DNA of 64,000 nt, taken from the NCBI GenBank assembly GCA_040876265.1, contig JBBDPN010000001.1:53691-117690 (forward strand). The letters are read 5' to 3'. This DNA is from Candidatus Woykebacteria bacterium. GTDB taxonomy: Bacteria > Patescibacteriota > Microgenomatia > Woykebacterales > RBG-16-39-9b. The position numbers and the translations under genes were made by a program. This document shows positions 57,061 through 64,000 of the stretch, piece by piece. Each line of letters begins with the position of its first letter. Position 1 is the first letter of the stretch. The notes beneath the pieces were generated by a model. That model saw nothing but the letters and a program-made list of their open reading frames with translations. It did no database searches and was not told where the DNA came from.

Positions 57061-57161
57061 GTTGAAACTATAACAAATCCACAAAGCTTTCACAAGAAAC
57101 CAAACCCTTTTCCTCCCCTGGAAAGTAAATAGTATAATGATAAAAGTGGGGAGGTGAATAT

Positions 57162-57350
57162 ATGAAAACTATTGTAATCGTTGTATTAGTTATACTGGGA
57201 CTTTATTGGCTTCTTGATCATCGATCACCATTACCCCTAAATCACGAACAATTTGGTTTGTACAACCACACTGTACACAGAATCTTAGGCGTAGTTCTTT
57301 TGGTGGCAGCGGGGGTGGTGGGATGGTTGTGGAAACCACACAGATCCTAG
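57162..57350 (+). CDS. Small 2-TM membrane protein, hypothetical
   Basis: SD 'GGGGAGGTG' then ATG. 'TIVIVVLVILGLYWLL...ILGVVLLVAAGVVGWLW'. Confidence 0.4.
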   Translation: MKTIVIVVLVILGLYWLLDHRSPLPLNHEQFGLYNHTVHRILGVVLLVAAGVVGWLWKPHRS

Positions 57351-57619
57351 TCTGTTTTTTTGACCCCAACGATCATGGTGCCGGGGGTATTACCGCCTTT
57401 AGCCCGGTGGCTGGTACCGGCTGGAGTTTCTACTCGTTCACCCGGCCCAAAGGTCTTTGTGCCTTTTTCGTCGATTATTGTCAACTCGCCAGTTAGTATC
57501 ACGTTAACGGTTTGTAGCTCGTGGGTGTGTTCTGGATCTTCACCGGGCTCGATAGTACGGACTTCCAGATTTGTATAACCTTCTTGCCGCAGTTTTTCCA
57601 GCCATTCTTTTTCAGTCAT
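57347..57619 (-). CDS. Cupin domain protein
   Basis: 'PEHTHELQTVNVILTGELTI...PAGTSHRAKG'. Confidence 0.7.
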   Translation of the reverse strand: MTEKEWLEKLRQEGYTNLEVRTIEPGEDPEHTHELQTVNVILTGELTIIDEKGTKTFGPGERVETPAGTSHRAKGGNTPGTMIVGVKKTD

Positions 57620-57676
57620 ATATTGTTGTATTCTCCAAATTCTACTTTCGTCTTCTCCGAAAAACAGACTTATCGG

Positions 57677-58609
57677 TTACTCTTTAATTTTTATTACTAC
57701 TTTTCCCTTTGGGTGGCCAGTTTCCAGGTATTCAAATGCTTCTTTTGTTTGGGAAAGAGGGAAGACCTTATCGATTTGTGGTTTGATTACTCCTTCATCA
57801 ACCAGCTGTGTGAGACGAGTTAAATTTTTCTTACTACTTTCGGTCATTTGACCAATTGCCACCACTCCATATTTCTTCGCAAGCTCTGGGTCTGGTGCAC
57901 CAGTCATAGAGACCAAGATCCTGCCTTTTTTGAGAACTTTTAGAGACCTTTCGGCGACGTCACCTTTTGCAGTGTTGAATACAGCATCGTAGCCACTAAG
58001 TTTATCTTCAAAGTTTTCTTTCTGGTAATCAATTACCTGGTCAGCTCCGAGTCTTTTGGCGGTTTGTATACCATCGCTACTAACTGTAGTGGCAACATAA
58101 GCACCTGTGTACTTGGCCAGTTGAATCGCGATGCTGCCAATACCGCCAGCGCCACCATGGATGAGAATTTTTTGACCGCTCTTTAGGTTTATATGCTGTT
58201 CCAGAGCTTGAATGGCGCTAGCACCAACAAGGGGGAGAGAAGCAGCATCGACATGATTCAAACTCTTTGGTTTCAAGGCAGTATTGGCGGCGTTGGACGC
58301 TGCAAATTCGGCGATAGAGCCGGACCCACCATTTAGGACCAAGGCTTGACCGTAAACTTCATCGCCAATTTTAAACTCATTTAAGTTGCTACCGACCTCT
58401 AGCACCACACCAGAAAAATTACCACCGGCAGTTTGCGGTAAGGGTGGACCACCCATTCTTCCAGCCATAACCCCAAGATCGACTGGATTTAAACTGGCAG
58501 CGTGGACTTCAACCAAAACTTGACCGTCTTTTATTTGTGGTTTTGGAGCGTTTTCATTAATTTCTATAACTTCTGCTCCGCCGTATTTACTGTACTGTGC
58601 TGCTTTCAT
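57677..58609 (-). CDS. NADPH:quinone oxidoreductase / zinc-type alcohol dehydrogenase-like (MDR family)
   Basis: 'GQVLVEVHAASLNPVDL'. Rossmann 'ILIHGGAGGIGSIAIQLAK'. Confidence 0.85.
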   Translation of the reverse strand: MKAAQYSKYGGAEVIEINENAPKPQIKDGQVLVEVHAASLNPVDLGVMAGRMGGPPLPQTAGGNFSGVVLEVGSNLNEFKIGDEVYGQALVLNGGSGSIAEFAASNAANTALKPKSLNHVDAASLPLVGASAIQALEQHINLKSGQKILIHGGAGGIGSIAIQLAKYTGAYVATTVSSDGIQTAKRLGADQVIDYQKENFEDKLSGYDAVFNTAKGDVAERSLKVLKKGRILVSMTGAPDPELAKKYGVVAIGQMTESSKKNLTRLTQLVDEGVIKPQIDKVFPLSQTKEAFEYLETGHPKGKVVIKIKE

Positions 58610-58651
58610 AGGATTTATAAATTCTAATCCTTCCTTTTCCGAAAGGCAAAT

Positions 58652-58867
58652 TTAGGAGATCAAAGTTTTCTTGTACACCTTGCCCTTTTTGTCATAGGTA
58701 ATCCACTCTCCAACTTGCTTCCCCCCCCCTTCGAAGTATCCAGAGCGCATCTTGCTGCCGTCTTTGCGAAACCACTCCCAATAGCCATCAGCTTTGCCGC
58801 TAACCATGTTTCCTTTTGCCCAAATAGTGCCGTCTTTGTGATAGTAAGCGAAATCTTTCTTAGCCAT
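58652..58867 (-). CDS. MORN-repeat-variant protein (YwqK-like)
   Basis: 'YHKDGTIWAKGNMVSGKADGYWEWFRKDGSKMRSGYFEGGGKQVGEWITYDKKGKV'. Confidence 0.6.
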   Translation of the reverse strand: MAKKDFAYYHKDGTIWAKGNMVSGKADGYWEWFRKDGSKMRSGYFEGGGKQVGEWITYDKKGKVYKKTLIS

Positions 58868-58873
58868 AATTAT

Positions 58874-59359
58874 CTAACGGGATGAATACGCCTTCTCCAA
58901 ATCAGCGATTATCAGCCTTTTCATCTTCATCATGGCGTCCATTGCGCGTTTGGCAGCTTCTTTATCATCGGATTTTATCATCTCGTCAAGCCTCGTTGGA
59001 TTTATTTGCCAGCTTACTCCAAATTTGTCTTTAAGCCATCCGCACACCTCTGATTCGGGAACAGCAGATAGAGCCTTCCAGTAATAATCGATTTCTTCTT
59101 GGTTTTCGCAGTCAATCACGAAAGAAACAGCTTCGTTGAATTTAAAATCGGCTCCTCCATTAAGAGCCATGAAGCGCTGTCCGAAAATTTCAAATTCGGT
59201 TGTTAATACGCTACCGATGGGTTTGTTTGAAGGCGTATCGGTTGTGTAATAAGTTATATCACCTTCTTTGAAATTTTCTTTGAAAACATTTTTGTAAAAC
59301 TTGACCATCTCTTCAGCCTGATCATCAAGCCACAAGCATGTTACTAATTTTTCTGGCAT
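58874..59359 (-). CDS. VOC-superfamily protein (PhnB / 3-demethylubiquinone-9 3-methyltransferase-like domain)
   Basis: 'LVTCLWLDDQAEEMVKFYKNVF...FGQRFMALNGG...EEIDYYWKAL'. Confidence 0.7.
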   Translation of the reverse strand: MPEKLVTCLWLDDQAEEMVKFYKNVFKENFKEGDITYYTTDTPSNKPIGSVLTTEFEIFGQRFMALNGGADFKFNEAVSFVIDCENQEEIDYYWKALSAVPESEVCGWLKDKFGVSWQINPTRLDEMIKSDDKEAAKRAMDAMMKMKRLIIADLEKAYSSR

Positions 59360-59380
59360 ATTTGGTCACCTTCTTTCAAA

Positions 59381-59767
59381 TTACATTTGAACAGGTTGGA
59401 GCATACCTATGCTGTTGCCTTCGGTGTCCTTGAACATCACAAAGTTACCAATACCTTTGATATCCATCGGTTTGCCGATGATTTTGCCACCTGCTTTTTT
59501 AACTATTTCCATGTGGTTTTCAAGGTTTCCCACTGAGATAACCAAATGAGGCTTGTTTCCTTCCTTACCTTTTTGGAAAAATCCACCGTTTATAGCGCCT
59601 TTTTCCTTGTGCACTCTGTTTTCATCGAGAGGAGTAGTGGTGGCTAAAAGATAATCTCCCATATCAGCTCCTAACTGCTGCATTTCCCAACCAAAGGCAG
59701 TTTCATAAAACTTCTTTGTACGCTTTTTATCAATAGTGGGCATTTCAAAGTGGACAACAGGATTCAT
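59381..59767 (-). CDS. VOC family (glyoxalase/bleomycin-resistance-like) protein
   Basis: Start at the internal ATG 'MNPVVHFEMPT' with SD GGAGGAGG. 'FYETAFGWEM...VMFKDTEGNSIGMLQP'. Confidence 0.75.
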   Translation of the reverse strand: MNPVVHFEMPTIDKKRTKKFYETAFGWEMQQLGADMGDYLLATTTPLDENRVHKEKGAINGGFFQKGKEGNKPHLVISVGNLENHMEIVKKAGGKIIGKPMDIKGIGNFVMFKDTEGNSIGMLQPVQM

Positions 59768-59860
59768 ATTTGTCACCTCCTCCGTAAATGGTGTCGAAAC
59801 AGTATAGCGGTATTGTTCAAAAAATGAAACAGATAAGCGACTTTGGTGGTGTCGTATAAT

Positions 59861-60415
59861 ATGGTTATGAAAATTGGTAAGACCCTTTATGTAACCGACC
59901 GTGCGGATTGGCGAGGGTGGTTGGAAAAACACCACGATAAAGAGCCAGAGATTTGGCTAATTTACTACAAAAAAGGCTCGGGAAAGTCTCGCATCTCTTA
60001 CAACGACGCAGTAGAAGAAGCTCTTTGTTTTGGTTGGATCGACAGCACTGTGAAGGGAATTGACGAGGAAAAATACGCTCAAAGGTTTTCACCGCGAAAT
60101 CCAAAAAGCAATTGGTCGCAGGCTAACAAAGAAAGAGTAAGAAGATTACTCGAACAAGGAAAAATGACTAAGTCAGGGCTAGAAAAATTCACTGGAATAA
60201 ATCTGAATTCTTTTGAAATACCGGCCGATATTTTAAAGGCGTTGAAGAAAGACGCTGAGACTTGGGAGAATTTCCAAAAATTTCCGGGGAGTTACCAAAG
60301 AGTCCGGATTAGTTTTGTGGAAGGCGCTCGAAATAGGCCGCTGGAGTTTAAAAAGCGTTTAAATTACCTCCTCAAAATGACGAGGCAAAATAAAAAGTTC
60401 GGAATTGTCCGCTAA
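59861..60415 (+). CDS. YdeI/OmpD-associated family protein
   Basis: 'RADWRGWLEKHHDKEPEIWLIYYKKGSGKSRISYNDAVEEALCFGWIDS'. Confidence 0.7.
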   Translation: MVMKIGKTLYVTDRADWRGWLEKHHDKEPEIWLIYYKKGSGKSRISYNDAVEEALCFGWIDSTVKGIDEEKYAQRFSPRNPKSNWSQANKERVRRLLEQGKMTKSGLEKFTGINLNSFEIPADILKALKKDAETWENFQKFPGSYQRVRISFVEGARNRPLEFKKRLNYLLKMTRQNKKFGIVR

Positions 60416-60421
60416 CACAAG

Positions 60422-60643
60422 CTACATCTTCTTACCCATTTGTAGGTAAGCTACCCACACGGCGCAGATACCGACGAGTATGTAAACAATGTTTTCAACT
60501 GCTGGCCAGGAGCCTAAAATAAGATTAATTACGTTTAGATTTGTGTTTAGAAAATACCCAAGGCCTACCAGGCCCCAAGCTACTCCGGCAACTACCAGGG
60601 TCCACACGCCCCATTTTAATTCCATACTTCCCATCGTTCTCAC
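60422..60643 (-). CDS. DUF378-like small membrane protein
   Basis: 'TLVVAGVAWGLVGLGYF...IVYILVGICAVWVAY'. Confidence 0.55.
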   Translation of the reverse strand: MRTMGSMELKWGVWTLVVAGVAWGLVGLGYFLNTNLNVINLILGSWPAVENIVYILVGICAVWVAYLQMGKKM

Positions 60644-60784
60644 CCCCTCTCAAGTTTAACTAGGTAAGTATTAACCTGTGATAAATGTCCCAGTTTTGGG
60701 TGTAGTTGTCAACCTAGTAAATTGTTTTTGACAAACGAGCAGCTACTAGGTACAATCTTCCCACTTACTGGAGGGAGGTGCAGC

Positions 60785-61330
60785 TTGTCAAGAAAAAGGA
60801 AAAGGGGTGGTAGGAGTCGACTTCAGAAGAGGAAGAGTAGAAAAGACGGTTCTACACCTCTAAGTAGATACGCCACTCAATCAGAGATTGTGTCTCCTGG
60901 TGAGAGACTACCGGAATTGCCGGAGGAATCACGTGGTGAAAGGCAAGGCCCATCTGTCGGGATCGCCCAAACCCTTCAAGCTGCGAGTGTAGTTCCTGTT
61001 GTGCCACTGCTGCTACCAGAAGAGATCGGGACTGATGCTCACGACAGCGATCCGCTGCTTAATAGATCTGACAATAAACTGGGGGCCAAAATCTTCGGTC
61101 TGCTAAGAGGCATTTTTGGCCTAGATTTTGAAGACGAGGAGTCGGAGCTCAATGAAGAAACCAGGGAAGATGCTGAATATTCAGAAGTTCTGACTCAATT
61201 GAACGAGCTTTATGACCAGCTGCTAAGGAGACCGAGCGAGGAAAAGAAAGTTGATCTTGAAGAGCAGATAGAGAAACTCCAGAAACGTAGGGTGGAGTTG
61301 AAGGAAACTCACTACCCCATAATCACCTGA
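60785..61330 (+). CDS. Hypothetical protein with basic N-terminus and acidic coiled-coil C-terminus (TTG start after GGAGGGAGG; promoter TTGACA-17-TACAAT upstream)
   Basis: 'LSRKRKRGGRSRLQKRKSRKDG...EDEESELNEETREDAEYSEVLTQLNELYDQLL'. Terminator-like hairpin downstream (61334..61380). Confidence 0.4.
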   Translation: MSRKRKRGGRSRLQKRKSRKDGSTPLSRYATQSEIVSPGERLPELPEESRGERQGPSVGIAQTLQAASVVPVVPLLLPEEIGTDAHDSDPLLNRSDNKLGAKIFGLLRGIFGLDFEDEESELNEETREDAEYSEVLTQLNELYDQLLRRPSEEKKVDLEEQIEKLQKRRVELKETHYPIIT

Positions 61331-61428
61331 GGCTTGCTTCCATTAGGAGCAGGCCTCAATTCGTTTTTTAGGCTTGCCCACAGCCTCCTTGATTAAGATT
61401 TATGCTGTGTGCTATACTCTGTCCCGAT

Positions 61429-61761
61429 ATGCAGCAGGAATACGAATTGGTTGTGGTAACGAGCGTAGAGACCGGCGAGCAGGACCAGAGATCTATACTT
61501 GACGAGGTTAAGAAAATGGTTGAAGCAGGTAAAGGTGAAATAGCCAGTGTTGACAGTTGGGGAAGAAGAGAACTGGCCTACCCGATAAAGAAAAACACCG
61601 AAGGTCTTTACTCTATTGTTTCCTTCAAAAGTGACCCAGCCGTACCCCAAAAAATTAATTCGAAGTTTAAACTAATGGACGAAATTTTGAGATTTTTATT
61701 GGTCAAAAAAGAAAGCGAGAAGGCGGCGGTGAGAGGAAAGAAGTTAAAAGTAAAAAAGTAA
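61429..61761 (+). CDS. rpsF: 30S ribosomal protein S6
   Basis: 'MQQEYELVVV...SWGRRELAYPIKKNTEGLYSIVSF'. Confidence 0.9.
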   Translation: MQQEYELVVVTSVETGEQDQRSILDEVKKMVEAGKGEIASVDSWGRRELAYPIKKNTEGLYSIVSFKSDPAVPQKINSKFKLMDEILRFLLVKKESEKAAVRGKKLKVKK

Positions 61762-61779
61762 TGTTGATAGGAGGTTCAT

Positions 61780-61920
61780 ATGTCTACTAGATCTTTGAAT
61801 AGCAATTTTGAAAATTCAATCTGCCGTTTTCATGTTCAAAATATGCAGCGTTCAAGAATAGCTTGCAGCTATTTAATTGAACCAAAAGTAAGGCAAAGAG
61901 GGGATTGTAATGTCAACTAG
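61780..61920 (+). CDS. Candidate upstream micro-ORF (about 46 aa) whose 5' end duplicates the ssb start (MSTRSLN), with its own strong SD; overlaps the ssb start codon
   Basis: 'ATGTCTACTAGATCTTTGAATAG' compared with ssb 'ATGTCAACTAGGAGTTTGAATAA'. SD 'TAGGAGGT' lies upstream. Confidence 0.3.
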   Translation: MSTRSLNSNFENSICRFHVQNMQRSRIACSYLIEPKVRQRGDCNVN

Positions 61921-62458
61921 GAGTTTGAATAAAGTGATGTTGATTGGGAATTTAACAAGGGACCCGGAGCTGCGATACACCCCCAGTGGTACAGCAGTCT
62001 GTTCTTTTAGACTGGCCACCAACCGTACTTGGACACCTTCAGACGGTAGCGAGAAGAAAGAGGAAGCAGAGTTTCACCGAATAGTATCTTGGAACAAACT
62101 AGCCGAGCTTTGCTCACAACTTCTGACCAAGGGCCGAAAGGTTTATATAGAAGGGCGTTTGCAAACAAGAAGCTGGGATACACCCGAGGGAGATCGAAGA
62201 TTTGCGACAGAGGTAGTAGCTGAGGATATGGTGATCTTGGACTCCAGAAGGAGTTTCGAAGAAAAGGGTGGTGAGTCCCAGGTGAGTGAAGATAGTGGTG
62301 AGGAGCCTGAAAAAGTCGAAGTTGAGGATACCGGTGGTGAAGCCAAAAAAGAAGTGAAATCTGATAAAAAAAGTAAGAATAAAGACAGCAAAGATAGCGA
62401 GAAGAAAGAAACAAGCGAGGACGAAGGCGAAATAGATATCGACGACATTCCCTTCTGA
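61910..62458 (+). CDS. ssb: Single-stranded DNA-binding protein
   Basis: 'VMLIGNLTRDPELRYTPSGTAVCSFRLATNRTW...FHRIVSWNKLAE'. Acidic tail 'DIDDIPF'. Confidence 0.95.
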   Translation: MSTRSLNKVMLIGNLTRDPELRYTPSGTAVCSFRLATNRTWTPSDGSEKKEEAEFHRIVSWNKLAELCSQLLTKGRKVYIEGRLQTRSWDTPEGDRRFATEVVAEDMVILDSRRSFEEKGGESQVSEDSGEEPEKVEVEDTGGEAKKEVKSDKKSKNKDSKDSEKKETSEDEGEIDIDDIPF

Positions 62459-62499
62459 CGGCCTTTTAATGGTGGTTCTAAAATTCTGAAATTTCTTAT

Positions 62500-62733
62500 A
62501 TGGCGATACTGAGAAATAATAAAGACTATAGAAAAAAATATTGCAATTTTTGTAAAGAAAACAAGGATCCAGACTACAAAGACGCAAGTTCTTTAGGAAG
62601 ATTTACCACCGAGCGTGGTAAAATAATCGGTAGGGCAAAGACTGGTATTTGTGCTGCTCACCAGAGAAAACTAGCGACCGCCGTGAAGAGGGCGAGAGTG
62701 TTGGCACTTTTACCTTTTGTCCCTAAAATTTAG
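62500..62733 (+). CDS. rpsR: 30S ribosomal protein S18
   Basis: '[55 protein letters not shown]'. Confidence 0.95.
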   Translation: MAILRNNKDYRKKYCNFCKENKDPDYKDASSLGRFTTERGKIIGRAKTGICAAHQRKLATAVKRARVLALLPFVPKI

Positions 62734-62744
62734 GCCATAAAGGT

Positions 62745-63800
62745 ATGCCGCAACAAAAATTTATAACAATTGATATAGGCAGTGCTTGGACTAAGGCTTT
62801 TTTAGCTGGGCTGGACTCAGAGAATAACATTTCTATAGAAGGATCAGCGCGCTTACCTACATCATCAGGTAATTTCTCCTTTGCTACCAGCCTCCTTTTA
62901 AAAAAAATTGGTCAGGAAGAAGCACCAAAAATCTTTGTTAGTAGTATTTCTCAGGTAGAAGATGTTGCGAAAAAATATAAAGCTGCTTTTGTAGCCGAAG
63001 AGGAAGCAGCTACCGCTCTAGTAAAATTTATAAAAAAAGGCGATGCTTCGGTAAGCGTCTTAGATGCTGGGGCAAGCAATCTGCACGAAAGTATTCACGC
63101 TGGCGATGTTGGAAAATACCTTACCTTTGGTTCAAGTGAAATTTTTTTGGAAAACTTTTTTGGTAAGAAGAGATTCAAACCACACCTACTACCAATAGAC
63201 ACAAAAGAACTTGAGATAGAAGAAGCCTTTTTGCGCCATGTTTTTATATCCAAACTTTCCAATCAAAATACGAGTAAAAAGATGCTGATTATTGCCACCG
63301 GAGGTATGATATCAGGAGCACCAAGACTGTCAAGAATCGCTCTTCTCATCCTAGATGTTCTTGGACCGGGTGTTGTGGCTCAAGTGGTTTATGATAGGGA
63401 ATTTTTCTTACCTTCTTTTGGCGCGCTACTAGCAAAATACAAGCAATTTGAAATGGCTACCCCGGTTGGTTGGCTAGATGATCTGGGAGCTTTTGTTTCC
63501 CTTGGAGGAACAAAAAGATTAGAACTAGACTGGGGTTACTCTCAAATGCAACAAATCGAACTAGAAGACGGAGAAATATCCCTGATACCGGCGCCAAAAG
63601 AGCAAAAAATCGAAATGAGCATATTGGGTGATAAAAAGGAAAAAAAGAAATACAGTGTAAACGGCGGTAGTCTAGGTGTTGTTTTGGACGCTCGCCAAAA
63701 ACCACTCCCGCTGGATTTTGGTCATTCAGAGTCTCGGAGGCTGATGAGCAGTTGGTTAAAGGAGCTAGAGCAGGCCGAGATAAATAAGGAGGCATTTTGA
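62745..63800 (+). CDS. Putative actin-fold (ASKHA-like) ATPase domain protein, hypothetical
   Basis: Phosphate-1-like 'FITIDIGSAWTKAF'. Adenosine-like 'MLIIATGGMISGAP'. Weak. Confidence 0.35.
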   Translation: MPQQKFITIDIGSAWTKAFLAGLDSENNISIEGSARLPTSSGNFSFATSLLLKKIGQEEAPKIFVSSISQVEDVAKKYKAAFVAEEEAATALVKFIKKGDASVSVLDAGASNLHESIHAGDVGKYLTFGSSEIFLENFFGKKRFKPHLLPIDTKELEIEEAFLRHVFISKLSNQNTSKKMLIIATGGMISGAPRLSRIALLILDVLGPGVVAQVVYDREFFLPSFGALLAKYKQFEMATPVGWLDDLGAFVSLGGTKRLELDWGYSQMQQIELEDGEISLIPAPKEQKIEMSILGDKKEKKKYSVNGGSLGVVLDARQKPLPLDFGHSESRRLMSSWLKELEQAEINKEAF

Positions 63801-64000
63801 TTTGCCCAGTAACTAAAAGGGTAAAAGAAAAGAAAAAAATAATTCTCAACCGGTATTACCCTGGTAAATGCAAACTAGTAGTAAAGATAGGTCAGAGTGT
63901 TGGCGACACGGACATTATCGGTCACTGCGAGGTAAGTGCTGGAAGGAGGCTAATAAAAATTGCCCACGTTTTGGGAGTTTCGGGAGCGGCGGTTCAAAAA
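63797..64000 (+). CDS. 5' part of a gene running off the window (TTG start after AAGGAGG); product unknown
   Basis: Open frame '...KCKLVVKIGQSVGDTDIIGHCEVSAGRRLIKIAHVLGVSGAAVQK' to the window end. Confidence 0.3.
   Translation, partial: MICPVTKRVKEKKKIILNRYYPGKCKLVVKIGQSVGDTDIIGHCEVSAGRRLIKIAHVLGVSGAAVQK

Noticed and set aside
62007-62587. Three overlapping minus-strand ORFs (101-157 aa) across ssb
   Set aside because: Antisense to a textbook ssb. They are low-complexity Ser/Leu/Phe-rich translations of the acidic-tail coding region.
1-64000. CRISPR arrays, rRNA or tRNA genes
   Set aside because: No regularly spaced direct repeats were seen, and none of the intergenic regions showed a convincing cloverleaf or T-loop. 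No tool-based scan was possible.

Overview
This 64 kb chromosomal segment has low overall GC, small versions of housekeeping proteins (153-aa EF-Ts, 411-aa ProRS), many genes without a Shine-Dalgarno sequence, and type IV pili, so it looks like a CPR/Patescibacteria-type bacterium (possibly Microgenomates-like). Most of the window is housekeeping: guaA, dprA, topA, a thymidylate block (dcd, a dcd paralog, thyA, folA, tmk), rpsB-tsf-frr-rseP-proS, rpsU-ybeY-pth-mfd, dnaX-ybaB-recR, corA, cysS, ychF and rpsF-ssb-rpsR. Accessory content is a cellulosome-like cohesin/dockerin triad at the left edge (a secreted PA14-GH5-dockerin enzyme, a cohesin+dockerin adaptor, and a membrane-anchored cohesin protein). 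There is also a type IV pilus block with giant pilins plus PilN/PilO-like proteins, two HicAB toxin-antitoxin pairs, a MarR-ABC exporter operon, and a cluster of four paralogous signal-anchored proteins sharing N-terminal and C-terminal 'FKFLD' ends with recombination-junction remnants. The features I find most unusual are: (i) a ~90-nt intergenic element with conserved hairpins and compensatory changes, in 3 plus-strand and 2 minus-strand copies, with a hairpin-deleted derivative embedded in-frame inside a GC-rich insertion in mfd; (ii) at least nine short GC-rich islands (about 52-60% GC against a roughly 40-45% background) carrying small ORFs with strong Shine-Dalgarno sites, several of them ending at a copy of the ~90-nt element. 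No rRNA, tRNA or CRISPR array was found by eye. A ~700-nt GC-rich non-coding stretch (13641-14310) that ends in a good intrinsic terminator is unassigned.
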